Shown piece after piece: positions 26,076 through 35,503 of a stretch of 57,155 bases of DNA (position 1 is the stretch's first letter; each line of letters opens with the position of its first letter). This DNA is from a virus (taxonomy: Duplodnaviria; Caudoviricetes). A program made the translations under genes and the position numbers. The notes beneath the pieces are model-generated. The model had not been told where the DNA came from, did not search any database, and saw only the letters and a list, made by a program, of their open reading frames with translations. The DNA lies in IMG/VR virus record IMGVR_UViG_3300049055_000031, positions 1 to 57,155 of that record; one strand, given 5' to 3'.

Positions 26076-27454
26076 CCATTCACCTCTGAATTGACTTGGA
26101 ACGATCCGCCCTCAACAGACGGCGCTCCGTAGTGGCCACGGAAGAAACGGCCGAGAGCCTCTACTCCGTGATTGTCTTTGTCCATCGGGTTCTCACTATC
26201 TGACTTGACCTTCGGCTTGATATCCGACTTACGCTCCGGCCACTTGTACCCCTCACGCATCTCCCAGGCGAGACCAGTACATGACCGGTCAACCATCAGC
26301 GTCGGTATGCGGTCAGGGTGTCCCTCGGGTAGGTATGAGTTGCGGCACTTCAGCGACCGGCGAATCATGCTCAGTCGCGTCTTGAGTGGTCCCCCGGTGT
26401 TGCTTCGAGCGGCGATTCGGAGCTTCCTCTCCAGGGTCCGCGTGTCGTCAGGCTCCGCAGGATCCGGATACAAAGTCTCACACACTCGGACTAAACCGGG
26501 TATCTCATTCAAGACATCGATCGCTACCTCTTCAGTATCCAGGTGGTAATATCGCTTCTCCCAAATCACCCGGATCTCACCAAACGGTCCCTCTTGGATG
26601 ATTAGAACCACGAACGGGTTAGTAAAGCCGTAGTCCACCGCCATGAACGTGCGCCACGATGGCTCAAATGAGAAATCACCAAGGTGTGTGTCATCATCCC
26701 ATTCCTTCATGACCACACCGGTCTTTTCCGAGAATTCGGCTCCATATTGGCGAGCGAACTCGTCAGTCGTCAGGTCGTCTTCAGCATCCAGGATTTCTGG
26801 ATCAGCCCTACCACCCGGAAAGACAATAGTGTTCGTCCAACTGGGCATTTTCCAGGATCGCCAGCCGCGTAACTGCGCCGATGGGGTCAATCCCCGTTGG
26901 TAAAGCGAATAGAGAAGTGAATGCTCAGACTTACCCTCGGGAACGCCGGTGAACACCGCCCACCCCCGCTTGTCTGACAGCGTTGGACGGATGAATTCAC
27001 CCCACGTCCGGCGACGATGACGACCGGCCTCTACCATCAGCACAAAATCCAGGCCTTCACCGACCAATGACTCCGGTTTGGCTGCCGACTTACCAATAAG
27101 CTCAAAACCCCAGTTGGTCAAGATATGCAGGTTACCTGATTCGACGTTGTGCAGAAACTTGACAGAGTCTCTATCCACACCTAACTTACGCAGTGAATCG
27201 TACACTATCTTGAACTCTTTGTCAGTGTCGCTGTACTGGGGACCAACGATCCAGCCGGTCTGGGGTTCTCCCGTGATTCGAGACGTCACGAAGCAATTCG
27301 GTTCTGCTTCACGTGCACCGAAGATGGTCTTACCCCAGCGCCTGCCGTTCGAGATGACCTTAAACCGCGCTGGGGTATAGTGGATCTGCTGCTGACCGGG
27401 ATGAGGACGATATCCGACTGTCTCGTAGTACCCGGATTTGCTAAGAGAAGGCAT
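26072..27454 (-). CDS. terL: Terminase large subunit
   Basis: GRRWGKT Walker A; AVDYGFTNP nuclease; DKDNHGVEAL. Confidence 0.93.
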   Translation of the reverse strand: MPSLSKSGYYETVGYRPHPGQQQIHYTPARFKVISNGRRWGKTIFGAREAEPNCFVTSRITGEPQTGWIVGPQYSDTDKEFKIVYDSLRKLGVDRDSVKFLHNVESGNLHILTNWGFELIGKSAAKPESLVGEGLDFVLMVEAGRHRRRTWGEFIRPTLSDKRGWAVFTGVPEGKSEHSLLYSLYQRGLTPSAQLRGWRSWKMPSWTNTIVFPGGRADPEILDAEDDLTTDEFARQYGAEFSEKTGVVMKEWDDDTHLGDFSFEPSWRTFMAVDYGFTNPFVVLIIQEGPFGEIRVIWEKRYYHLDTEEVAIDVLNEIPGLVRVCETLYPDPAEPDDTRTLERKLRIAARSNTGGPLKTRLSMIRRSLKCRNSYLPEGHPDRIPTLMVDRSCTGLAWEMREGYKWPERKSDIKPKVKSDSENPMDKDNHGVEALGRFFRGHYGAPSVEGGSFQVNSEVNG

Positions 27455-27693
27455 CACCGGTATCCACGGGACGAGAAATCTCCTTCGAGTTCCGGGGGAA
27501 GCACCGAGTCAGGCCGCGTCCCGTCGTCCATCGGGTCAATGGCGTAGACCATGGACAGCCGCTCACTCGCCGTGGGATTGTGCGGAGGTGGCTGGACTAC
27601 TCCCCCGACACCCCCGAACTCCGATCCAATGTCTGGGTCTTCCGTCGAGATCAGACTCTTGCTGTGAATCTCCAGCGGAAACGGCTGTGTCAT
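27454..27693 (-). CDS. Hypothetical protein
   Basis: ATGA-type coupling on both sides. Confidence 0.55.
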   Translation of the reverse strand: MTQPFPLEIHSKSLISTEDPDIGSEFGGVGGVVQPPPHNPTASERLSMVYAIDPMDDGTRPDSVLPPELEGDFSSRGYR

Positions 27694-28043
27694 GACGGTA
27701 CTCCTCCCGATGCCGCAAACTGGTTAGTGACCGCGCGTATCTTGTTCTCAGCTGCAGTCAGGTCCTCAGGTGTGATCACACCTTTGTCGATCAATGCTTG
27801 ACGAAGCACCGGATCGAATGGCCACGGGGCAACCTCACGCACCGCCCCAGTTTCGCTGCTGGCGGGTTTTCCCGGCTTGGTACGAGTACCGTCCGGCAAC
27901 CTGGTCCCAAACGTCTGAGACGTCGGTATGGACCCGTCGTTGAATTGATGCCTAGTCTCGTTGTTCATGTGCCATGCCCAGGTATTGTCGCAAGTCTGAC
28001 AGACCTCACCCGGTGCGCGCTCCACGTCAATCCTCGTCCCCAT
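27690..28043 (-). CDS. Hypothetical protein with CxxC..H
   Basis: SD GGAGGGAG; LRQALIDKGVITPEDL motif. Confidence 0.65.
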   Translation of the reverse strand: MGTRIDVERAPGEVCQTCDNTWAWHMNNETRHQFNDGSIPTSQTFGTRLPDGTRTKPGKPASSETGAVREVAPWPFDPVLRQALIDKGVITPEDLTAAENKIRAVTNQFAASGGVPS

Positions 28044-28620
28044 CTTCGTCTCCCTCCGATGTAACTACAGCAGTACCCTCGATCACCGGGTGTGCCGGTG
28101 ACCCGTCATCGAGCACGAGTGCACTTGCCAGCATGGCCTGCAGATGAACGTTGCCGGTCACGTGCACGTTCTTGTCAGGTGACCCAGCCGCATACTCAAT
28201 GATCAGTTGAGCAGCCCTGAACTTGAGATGCGGCTCTTCGTCATTCTTTAGAAACTCTGCCAAGACCTTGATTGCAGCCCCGGTATGACCGACCAGATTT
28301 TGGATGGTCTCCTCACGCAACCGACGTCTGATCTCGGCTTGGATCATGGGTGTAATCCACTTCGGGCGTGGTCCTCTCCATCCTCCGGTGGGATGGCGAG
28401 GCCTACCATGCTGCAATTCCTCAAGCGTCCATTGGTCAACCGGCTTCACTTCTCCATACTGGATCTCATGGAGCAAGGCAATGTCTTCGGCTGCACGTCC
28501 ACCATTACGCCGGATACGATGTCTGATCGCTCGAGGGTTTTGGGACAGACGACGGGTGTCTTCGGTGATCTTAGTGGCAAGACCATCCTCATCTACATCT
28601 GATCCCTTACGTTGTGCCAT
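28027..28620 (-). CDS. Terminase small subunit (putative)
   Basis: First gene of late operon; WTLEEL.HGRPR..GGWRG; helical. Confidence 0.65.
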   Translation of the reverse strand: MAQRKGSDVDEDGLATKITEDTRRLSQNPRAIRHRIRRNGGRAAEDIALLHEIQYGEVKPVDQWTLEELQHGRPRHPTGGWRGPRPKWITPMIQAEIRRRLREETIQNLVGHTGAAIKVLAEFLKNDEEPHLKFRAAQLIIEYAAGSPDKNVHVTGNVHLQAMLASALVLDDGSPAHPVIEGTAVVTSEGDEDGDED

Positions 28621-28755
28621 GGCCCCTCCGGTGATAGCCAAGAATGGGGTGCCGGGTAGTGAGTGGCACCCCATCCATCTCGACGAACCACATTGTCTAT
28701 GTTACCCCCTCGGGGAGGAGAGGAAACAACCCTCACTGTGATTCGATCTTCACTA

Positions 28756-28785
28756 ACTTTACGGCAAGATCCCGCCTACCGGCAA
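28756..28785 (-). promoter_or_regulatory. Putative late-operon promoter
   Basis: TTGCCG-18-TAAAGT upstream of a structured ~130-nt leader. Confidence 0.55.
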
Positions 28786-28796
28786 CTAGCGCCCGG

Positions 28797-29507
28797 CTAG
28801 AACGATCCCGGTCGTTGTTCACCCTTCAGCATGAGCGATGTAGCCCCAGACCAATCCAATGTCTCACGATCGCCCTCAGCGGGATCGTTGCTCCATACCG
28901 GCGTGCCGGTGTGGTCAGCTTGATGCGATCCCGAATCCACTTCAGGCTTTTTCTCTTCGTCAGCCCATACCGGTGTCTGTTCGGTGATGTCCAGTCGACT
29001 CATTGCCTTGTTGACCATCTTCGCGTTATGGCGCGCGTCGAAGTTCGACTGGTTGGCCTGTGCCTGCAGGTCCGCATTCTTGTCCTGTTCCTGGATCAAC
29101 TTGACCCGAAGTGCTTTTACAGAATCCTCAAGATGCCGGATGTATCCCATGACGATGGTCAGGCGGGTATCGTCCTCATTGTACAGATCATATTCCTTGG
29201 GGACCATCGAGAACACTTGGTCAATGAATGCATCTGCGTGAGTACTCTCACGCTCTCTTATGTCGGCAACCTCGGTGTTCGCCACATCCAGACCGTCCAC
29301 CATGTATCGAGCCGCGTCATTAGCTCGCCGCATATGGTCAGTAACGTCTTGAGTACGTTGTTCCAGTAGGTTGACTATCCGGTCTAATGCCGACTTCTGC
29401 CGGGCGATACGGTCCTCATATCCCGCCTGCATCTTGGCGATCTGATCCGAATCGACCGAGATCCGATTAGGAACACGTCCCTTTGCCAGCCGATGCCCAT
29501 CCTTCAT
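28797..29507 (-). CDS. Coiled-coil hypothetical protein
   Basis: 236-aa ORF, coupled start. Confidence 0.7.
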   Translation of the reverse strand: MKDGHRLAKGRVPNRISVDSDQIAKMQAGYEDRIARQKSALDRIVNLLEQRTQDVTDHMRRANDAARYMVDGLDVANTEVADIRERESTHADAFIDQVFSMVPKEYDLYNEDDTRLTIVMGYIRHLEDSVKALRVKLIQEQDKNADLQAQANQSNFDARHNAKMVNKAMSRLDITEQTPVWADEEKKPEVDSGSHQADHTGTPVWSNDPAEGDRETLDWSGATSLMLKGEQRPGSF

Positions 29508-29797
29508 TGCCCTGACTCCTCGTCCTCATCGTCGTCAGCCCACCGGCCAACACCCCGGATGACATCTTTACCAATCTGCAGCAATCCCAGGGCCACATGA
29601 TCCGGCGTCGATCCACCCATGTACACAATCGGGTGTGCCGAGTCTTTGACCTCGCCGGTTTGCTCGTTCACCCTATGCTGATGGGCAATTAGAATCCAAC
29701 CGCTCAGAAAGCCATCCCATCCCAGAGCCTTGAAGTACTTCTCAACAGCCGCATCGAGCTCAGCTTGAGCGGCGATCTGTTCCGGAGTGTCGATCAC
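29504..29797 (-). CDS. Hypothetical protein
   Basis: Coupled overlaps; HVALGLL motif. Confidence 0.65.
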   Translation of the reverse strand: MIDTPEQIAAQAELDAAVEKYFKALGWDGFLSGWILIAHQHRVNEQTGEVKDSAHPIVYMGGSTPDHVALGLLQIGKDVIRGVGRWADDDEDEESGQ

Positions 29798-30579
29798 AGT
29801 CCATCCAACCGATGAGTGAGGTACTGGCGCCCACGAGCGTCAACCTCGACCACAAAGTCCTGGTACAGCGCAGGCTCCACCTGGTGAGCCCACTCGTAGA
29901 TCTCGCATGCCAGTTGACGGATCTCAGCATCGGCATGCAGCGACCCCCGTAGTTTCAGAAAGTGCCGCCATGCCCGGTGATTGCCGGTCATCACAATGCG
30001 CGTAGGCGTCATGTTGGGCAGCACACACCGAGCGGCCTCCCGAGACTCCTTCTTGAGCGCGGTCCCGGTCACACCTTCCCGGTACAACCGTGCCTCGGCG
30101 ATCTCAACCAACTCATCATACGCGCGCAGCGCCTCGTTCCATGCCCTCTCGAGGATTCCCTGAACCTCGGATGCTTCTGGATCACTGTCATCTGTGACCC
30201 ACCCCAACGAGTAGTACAATGGCGGGATGATGGGCTTCACCGATGCTGCCAGCTTCACAAACCGCTGAGACTCCTGCGAGGGAGACAGGTGTCGATGCCG
30301 GATCAACTCATGCGTGAGCGACCGCGACACGCCCTCGATGTAGAACGTGAACGTCCCATGCTCGAACGTGGAGGTGTGGTCCAACTCGAGAATGTGCGCC
30401 AGATACGCAGGATTAGCGGAGGTCTGAAGATTTGGTTTCTTCCACGACTGATAACACGCTCGACCGGCAAACTCCGCCAGCAGTGAACCATCGGGGTCTT
30501 TAGCCGTTCCCTCCCATCCGGTCAGATCGTGAGCAACCTCAGAGTTGAACGCAGTGCGACCTATCAGTGTGACTTTCAC
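29794..30579 (-). CDS. thyX: Flavin-dependent thymidylate synthase
   Basis: AGRACYQS, HTSTFEH, ELIRHRHLSPSQESQRFV, AR..LP, EIR motifs. Confidence 0.96.
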   Translation of the reverse strand: MKVTLIGRTAFNSEVAHDLTGWEGTAKDPDGSLLAEFAGRACYQSWKKPNLQTSANPAYLAHILELDHTSTFEHGTFTFYIEGVSRSLTHELIRHRHLSPSQESQRFVKLAASVKPIIPPLYYSLGWVTDDSDPEASEVQGILERAWNEALRAYDELVEIAEARLYREGVTGTALKKESREAARCVLPNMTPTRIVMTGNHRAWRHFLKLRGSLHADAEIRQLACEIYEWAHQVEPALYQDFVVEVDARGRQYLTHRLDGL

Positions 30580-31058
30580 GCGGCAATCCTTTCAGGTAGA
30601 TTATCAGGACGAAGTCTGGACAGCTGGACCACATTGTCTATCCGATCACATTCAACTTCATCCCACGGTGAAGACGCACGGTCCTCGAGAGGTGTAACAA
30701 AGTGATTCCCATACAGTTCTTCGTGAATTCTTAGAAGGGTCGGTCTTGACTGCCGCGCTTCGGATTCCTCACGAAGCCTCATTATGAGGGTCACCGCCGA
30801 AACCGGTTCCTTCTCAGTCCCAGTCCAACTGTGACGCTCTGGATACACGTACCGCCAGTCAATGATAAACACCACCGCGCGGAATGCCGTACCGGCACCG
30901 TAGTGGCGCCAAATCATGGGGAGCACGACCAGCACGGCGAATTGAGCACACCACCAGCAGTACCGGAGAATAAGCAGTCCCTCTTCCGACCGTTGCCATG
31001 TCCGATCGAACCAGTAGATCACTAAACCCTGCTTCGGGGTCAACTCCAAAGCCACCAT
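30576..31058 (-). CDS. Hypothetical membrane protein
   Basis: Hydrophobic central segment; start uncertain. Confidence 0.5.
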   Translation of the reverse strand: MVALELTPKQGLVIYWFDRTWQRSEEGLLILRYCWWCAQFAVLVVLPMIWRHYGAGTAFRAVVFIIDWRYVYPERHSWTGTEKEPVSAVTLIMRLREESEARQSRPTLLRIHEELYGNHFVTPLEDRASSPWDEVECDRIDNVVQLSRLRPDNLPERIAA

Positions 31059-31114
31059 GGCTTTCACCGCCCTTCGTGTACCGATCGTGCCCCCACGAGG
31101 CCTTACGTGCAACT

Positions 31115-31597
31115 TCAGTTGACTTTCAACCCCGCACTGCGCAGCACATGCAGTACGTTTCCCCACATCGTCATGAGATGTGGCCACAAGGCCTGCACTA
31201 CGTCTCGAGTGTCGTTCAATATCTTGAGGATGTGTGGAACCGGGTTCTGGTCGCCTTCAAGCTCGATCTTGGTATTCTCATAAATCCATCGACGCAGGAG
31301 ATCCATCTGCACATCAAGCATCAGCAGCCGCTCACCGCGCGCAGCAAGACTATCCACAAGCAGCCGCTTGTCGGCTGGAATTCCAACACGGTAGAAATGC
31401 AGTTCTCTGAGCAACTGAGCCAAATGCTCCTCGGTCAGGCCAATGTAGTTGTTCTCGTCGTCAGTGATCTTTTCACCGATCTCCACTGCCAGGTCTGTGA
31501 TCGTCTTGCTGTGAATCGCATGTGTGGTAGGATCCCGGTTCTCATCTCCGGTTCTCTGAGCTGGACTCGCCCATGTGTACTCGTTGGCCTCGGTCAT
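31115..31597 (-). CDS. Hypothetical protein
   Basis: 160 aa, ATGA overlap. Confidence 0.65.
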   Translation of the reverse strand: MTEANEYTWASPAQRTGDENRDPTTHAIHSKTITDLAVEIGEKITDDENNYIGLTEEHLAQLLRELHFYRVGIPADKRLLVDSLAARGERLLMLDVQMDLLRRWIYENTKIELEGDQNPVPHILKILNDTRDVVQALWPHLMTMWGNVLHVLRSAGLKVN

Positions 31598-31917
31598 GGG
31601 GTGATCGGCTCTACCTCGGGAGTCCCGCGAAACTCCAAAGTACCGGTTGCAAGGTCTCCTTCAATCCATGCATCAACCGGTATACCAGGGATACTGGCCC
31701 AAATGAGACTCTGTCCGGAGACTTGAACGTTGTCTTCCTTGACGTTGTTGTAAAGACGCATGGTGTCCTGAGCGTCTTCTGGGTCGTGGAACATCCGAAT
31801 CTTGTACATGAATCCTACAGCGTCTTTCACTGTAAGCATGTACACCTCACCCTGTATGACCACCACATCATAGATTGGCGGAAGAGGGACAGGGGTGTCG
31901 TAGTTGTACGTCGGCAT
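31594..31917 (-). CDS. Hypothetical protein
   Basis: SD GAGGGG. Confidence 0.65.
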   Translation of the reverse strand: MPTYNYDTPVPLPPIYDVVVIQGEVYMLTVKDAVGFMYKIRMFHDPEDAQDTMRLYNNVKEDNVQVSGQSLIWASIPGIPVDAWIEGDLATGTLEFRGTPEVEPITP

Positions 31918-31981
31918 AAGATTCCCCTCTACTCTGATGCGGAAGCAAACCGCTCCCGCATCATATCGATAAAGTTGAGGC

Positions 31982-32182
31982 TCAATGGCGAACGCGCGAA
32001 GGGATCAGCGTCATGACGACGAAGTGACCGGCGATGAACAGAACCAGCAAACCGAGGAAGGGAAGGCTCTCCGCAAACCCCGCCCAACGAGCGATCTTGT
32101 CGCCCAGCGCAATCATTACCATCATCACCCCCGCAAGAATCGCGACCAAGCTACCGACCACGATGGAAACCTTGAACTTCAT
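31982..32182 (-). CDS. 2-TM small membrane protein
   Basis: MKFKVSIVVG...; SD AGGAGG. Confidence 0.65.
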   Translation of the reverse strand: MKFKVSIVVGSLVAILAGVMMVMIALGDKIARWAGFAESLPFLGLLVLFIAGHFVVMTLIPSRVRH

Positions 32183-32255
32183 GTCTTCCCTCCTCTCGAA
32201 TGTCTTCCGCGTTCTATCGTACGAGATCAACTCAACTTTTGTGTACACCTGTCGG

Positions 32256-32384
32256 CTAGCGTACTACAGTAGCCACCAACGCAGTCACGACCAGACCGAT
32301 CGCAAAACCGCCTAGAGCGTTTCCGGTAAGTAAAGCACCCCCACCCCCGATGACGATGAATACCACGCCAAGAAACGTCTTCAC
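32256..32384 (-). CDS. 42-aa hydrophobic peptide
   Basis: VKTFLGVVFIVIGVGG...; GTGA overlap. Confidence 0.55.
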   Translation of the reverse strand: MKTFLGVVFIVIGGGGALLTGNALGGFAIGLVVTALVATVVR

Positions 32385-32551
32385 GACTTTGTCCCCTTGT
32401 CTCCTAACCAGAACAGCAGTATGACCCACACCACCACGCCGGAACCGAAACCCACGGCAGCAGATGGAACCATGGGCTGAAACCTATTCACGATCAGCAC
32501 CACAGTGACCCCGACCGCTACCCCTACCGACGATATGATCTTGTTTCTCAC
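32381..32551 (-). CDS. 56-aa 2-TM protein
   Basis: GTGA overlap; SD GGAGG. Confidence 0.6.
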   Translation of the reverse strand: MRNKIISSVGVAVGVTVVLIVNRFQPMVPSAAVGFGSGVVVWVILLFWLGDKGTKS

Positions 32552-32721
32552 GGGTCCTGCCTCCCGGTCTGAAGCGGGCAATCCCACTGTCCGGAAGCGT
32601 CAGTTGAACACACCTTCGGGTTGTCGGTCCGGTCTTTGCACTGCGACGCACCAGCGCCCAGGACAATGGCGATGGCTACCAGCGCGGTGATGTGTCCGAA
32701 CCCGAACAACTTACGATTCAT
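32548..32721 (-). CDS. 57-aa exported/lipoprotein-like peptide with 3 Cys
   Basis: MNRKLFGFGHITALVAIAIVLGAGASQCKD...; SD AAGGA. Confidence 0.6.
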   Translation of the reverse strand: MNRKLFGFGHITALVAIAIVLGAGASQCKDRTDNPKVCSTDASGQWDCPLQTGRQDP

Positions 32722-32744
32722 CTTCTCTGTCCTTGAGGTTCATC

Positions 32745-32966
32745 TCAATCCTTTCCTATCCATTCAATCTCCTTGAGAATGCCTTTAAGGAAACCCACGA
32801 AGACGTAAGATCCAGTGATGACAAAACCCGTCTTGAGCCAGGTCCAGTACCCCGGGGCATGCAGCCCCATCTCCGGAAGAACGATATTACCGACCCAGCA
32901 AGACACAACGGCACCCATGAAAGGTAGGGTGAGTAGCAAGACGATGATCCCAATGGTTTTCTTCAT
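32745..32966 (-). CDS. 2-TM membrane protein
   Basis: MKKTIGIIVLLL...; SD GAGGA. Confidence 0.6.
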   Translation of the reverse strand: MKKTIGIIVLLLTLPFMGAVVSCWVGNIVLPEMGLHAPGYWTWLKTGFVITGSYVFVGFLKGILKEIEWIGKD

Positions 32967-32994
32967 GGTCCTCACCCTACCTCTAAGGCAAACC

Positions 32995-33372
32995 TCACAC
33001 CACAGCTGTAAGGCAAGTAACGTGCCCGTTCCCAGAGCCGCTAACTGATAGCTGACCAGTGACATCTATCCGACAAGTAATCTGATTCACGGTGAATGCT
33101 TTAGGATCCGCGTTCACCAGGATCTGGTCACCACGTTTCACCGGGTACGTCTCACTGAACGGGCTAGTGACGAAAGTCCTGCCTGACACCTTGTACTTCA
33201 TCGCGATGTACACCACGATGACCACGCCAGGTGATCCTCTCTCCGGAACCCACGTCACGGTCACCGTAGCGGACCTCTCGTCTGCCTTCTCCTTTACGGA
33301 CTGAGCAACCCCGTACGCGAGTATCAGCAACACCGCTGTTGCCCCAACACTAATTCTAGTCTTGATGCTCAT
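32995..33372 (-). CDS. MmpS-like membrane-anchored Ig-fold protein
   Basis: TM then SPF...ITCRIDVTG...VTC; SD AGGAGG. Confidence 0.65.
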   Translation of the reverse strand: MSIKTRISVGATAVLLILAYGVAQSVKEKADERSATVTVTWVPERGSPGVVIVVYIAMKYKVSGRTFVTSPFSETYPVKRGDQILVNADPKAFTVNQITCRIDVTGQLSVSGSGNGHVTCLTAVV

Positions 33373-33421
33373 CACCCCTCCTAAAAGGACCGGCCATGAC
33401 GACCGGTCCCCCTCCGATTTC

Positions 33422-33598
33422 CTACGGCGTTTCGTCGCCCTTCCAGTCGGTAACCCCATCGCTGTGCTGGTCACGCGGTGTGTGACCGAACGGACGTGAA
33501 CAGACGAGTATCGTCCCCTCCATAGCCTGGGTGAACCCGAACTGTATGATCTCCGCCGATCCGATTTCCAGCACAACTCCGCACGGATCCTCGTCCAT
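33422..33598 (-). CDS. Small Cys/His protein
   Basis: C...CSRPFGH...H pattern. Confidence 0.55.
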   Translation of the reverse strand: MDEDPCGVVLEIGSAEIIQFGFTQAMEGTILVCSRPFGHTPRDQHSDGVTDWKGDETP

Positions 33599-33990
33599 CA
33601 CGGCACCACCCCGTAACACTCGACTATCCCTTGAGAGCTGTTCGGCTTCTCATACAGGGTCATCTCTTCGATTCCGTTGATAACCACCGAGCACCCGAGC
33701 AGCGTTGCCGGAGCACTGCCCACCAATCGAGCTCGAATCCGCACAATCTCACCGGAGACAGCCGGAAACGCCCGGTTGAACGGAGCAACGGTTTCGAGTT
33801 TGTCTACCTTGTTGGATCTACCGATCGTCACATAAATGCTCACGCCATCAGGCCTTGGCGATGGTGACCAGATAGCGGATACTTGGGCATTGTTCCCATC
33901 TCTCTGGGTCAGTACGTAAAACCCAGCGAACGCGACAACGACAGCCGCCGCTGTAAGAATAGCCCTGGTCCCGGTCAAAACCGTTTTCAT
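33598..33990 (-). CDS. MmpS-like membrane-anchored Ig-fold protein
   Basis: TM then APF...LGCSVVING...VEC. Confidence 0.65.
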   Translation of the reverse strand: MKTVLTGTRAILTAAAVVVAFAGFYVLTQRDGNNAQVSAIWSPSPRPDGVSIYVTIGRSNKVDKLETVAPFNRAFPAVSGEIVRIRARLVGSAPATLLGCSVVINGIEEMTLYEKPNSSQGIVECYGVVP

Positions 33991-34088
33991 CTCGGTGGAT
34001 CATCCTTTCGCCCATACAAGGCCCAGAATAACGTCAGCATGATGACGATGAAGGCACCCCCCGCCATCCACTTCTGCTCAGTTGTCAC
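33987..34088 (-). CDS. 33-aa single-TM peptide
   Basis: VTTEQKWMAGGAFIVIMLTLFWALYGRK; SD AGGAGG. Confidence 0.5.
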   Translation of the reverse strand: MTTEQKWMAGGAFIVIMLTLFWALYGRKDDPPR

Positions 34089-34294
34089 TACTCGATTGCA
34101 CCTCCTTTCTTCTGCCATTCCACGATGTCCTTCGGCTGCACGATCCGTGACCCGTTCCCCGGAATCTGTGGATAGGTGGGCCAGAAGTCCCGGCACTGAA
34201 CCCCGTCCAGATGGACGAATACGCAGTAGAAACCAGCCCGGTTACTGCTCGCGGTCACTTGGTGTCCGTGCATTTCAATCACGAGATGCATCAT
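34088..34294 (-). CDS. Hypothetical protein
   Basis: SD GAGGAGG before MMHLVIE. Confidence 0.6.
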   Translation of the reverse strand: MMHLVIEMHGHQVTASSNRAGFYCVFVHLDGVQCRDFWPTYPQIPGNGSRIVQPKDIVEWQKKGGAIE

Positions 34295-34328
34295 GTCCTC
34301 CTCTGTGGTCGGTTGTTCAGGACATGAA

Positions 34329-34377
34329 ACCAGGGCGGGAGCAGCGCCGCAATGAGCCACCCCCGCCCTGGTCTTTT
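34329..34377. terminator. Hairpin/terminator
   Basis: ACCAGGGCGGG...CCCGCCCTGGT flanked by A and T runs. Confidence 0.6.
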
Positions 34378-34516
34378 ACTTCTGCGAGGTGCCGAAGCAG
34401 GGTCGGTTCAACCGCTTGCAGGAGTCGATAGTCGCAGCCGCTGCGCATAGGAGCACAGCAATGACCACCGCAACAATAACTCCGCCCAACTTGCTCTTGC
34501 CTTTGTTGTCGGACAT
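34376..34516 (-). CDS. 46-aa TM/exported peptide with Cys pair
   Basis: MSDNKGKSKLGGVIVAVVIAVLLC...; SD AAGGAG. Confidence 0.6.
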   Translation of the reverse strand: MSDNKGKSKLGGVIVAVVIAVLLCAAAATIDSCKRLNRPCFGTSQK

Positions 34517-34525
34517 CGGCTCTCC

Positions 34526-34672
34526 TTAATACGTCGGGATGATCTGTCCCGGATCGCTGAACAAACCCTCGAAGAACTCGAAGATGTGGAACTCTCGGAT
34601 CGCCCAGACTGCGCCGATGAACGCCGCAACACCCAACCAGAACACGATCCGTTTCCGAAGGTTTTCGAACAT
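34526..34672 (-). CDS. 48-aa single-TM peptide
   Basis: MFENLRKRIVFWLGVAAFIGAVWAI... Confidence 0.55.
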   Translation of the reverse strand: MFENLRKRIVFWLGVAAFIGAVWAIREFHIFEFFEGLFSDPGQIIPTY

Positions 34673-34750
34673 GCTTCGATCCAATCACGTCATTGACAGC
34701 TGTGCATCTCTATGATCTGTCACCTAACCGACACACAGCCGGATACCGTA

Positions 34751-34912
34751 TCACTCACCCCGAGAAGCCCTGAGACGTGCTGCATGCGGGGGTGTGGCAA
34801 TTGATGTCCGAAGCATTCCAGATGACGGACGACACCTCTCAAACGGCTTCGCTCCGCACTTCGAGCAGCTCACTGCCATCACTGCCGGGTTGTACTTGTT
34901 CAACGTGCTCAT
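34751..34912 (-). CDS. Phage zinc-finger protein
   Basis: CSKCGAKPFERC...PHAAR; SD GGAGG. Confidence 0.65.
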   Translation of the reverse strand: MSTLNKYNPAVMAVSCSKCGAKPFERCRPSSGMLRTSIATPPHAARLRASRGE

Positions 34913-35135
34913 CGTCGTGCAACCTCCTCCGAGAGGCGAAGTACTTTCCACCCCACCAACCAATTTCGTCATTGAAAATCGCCCACTCCAGGCAGACTGC
35001 CCTAATTGGACAACCCCGGCACACGCGGGTTACCATGTCGTCGTCGCGCCATCCGTTGATCCCTTCGGGGAAGAACGCTTCCGGATCAGTACCGACACAG
35101 GCTCCCTCACCCCAGGGAATGTCCTCAAATCTCAC
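34839..35135 (-). CDS. whiB: WhiB-family Fe-S transcription factor
   Basis: ACVGTDPEAFFP, CRGCPIRAVCLEWA, GWWGG. Confidence 0.92.
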   Translation of the reverse strand: MRFEDIPWGEGACVGTDPEAFFPEGINGWRDDDMVTRVCRGCPIRAVCLEWAIFNDEIGWWGGKYFASRRRLHDDEHVEQVQPGSDGSELLEVRSEAV

Positions 35136-35385
35136 GGCGCCTCCGTGGCTTCCTCTGAGCTACCCTAGGTACACGAGTTCTTTCCAACTCCCGCCTAACA
35201 GCCTCACGTTGCTCCGGCGTTAGAGATGCCCACCACCTCAGAAGACGGTCAAGTGTCCACACCACCTTGCCAACGTCCCAGTTGTTCTCAACCGTCTTGC
35301 GCGCGAGATTGGCCAATGCCATTTCTAAGCCTTTAGGTATTCGCTTTCGCTTATCGGATTCTTCAGCACTCATTTTCTCAATCAC
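35125..35385 (-). CDS. Basic hypothetical protein
   Basis: 86-aa ORF upstream of whiB. Confidence 0.6.
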   Translation of the reverse strand: MIEKMSAEESDKRKRIPKGLEMALANLARKTVENNWDVGKVVWTLDRLLRWWASLTPEQREAVRRELERTRVPRVAQRKPRRRREI

Positions 35386-35430
35386 CCTTTATTTCCTTAG
35401 GAATGGCCATTCGTATGAGGCGATTCTCTA

Positions 35431-35471
35431 TTGACACGCACCTTTCCTGCGTTAGAATTCTGGTACAGGGC
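35431..35471 (+). promoter_or_regulatory. Early-type promoter with TACAGGGC variant motif
   Basis: TTGACA-16-TAGAAT-5-TACAGGGC; A-rich leader and AAGGAG. Confidence 0.75.
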
Positions 35472-35503
35472 GAACGACAAAACCAAAACGAAGGAGAACC
35501 GAA

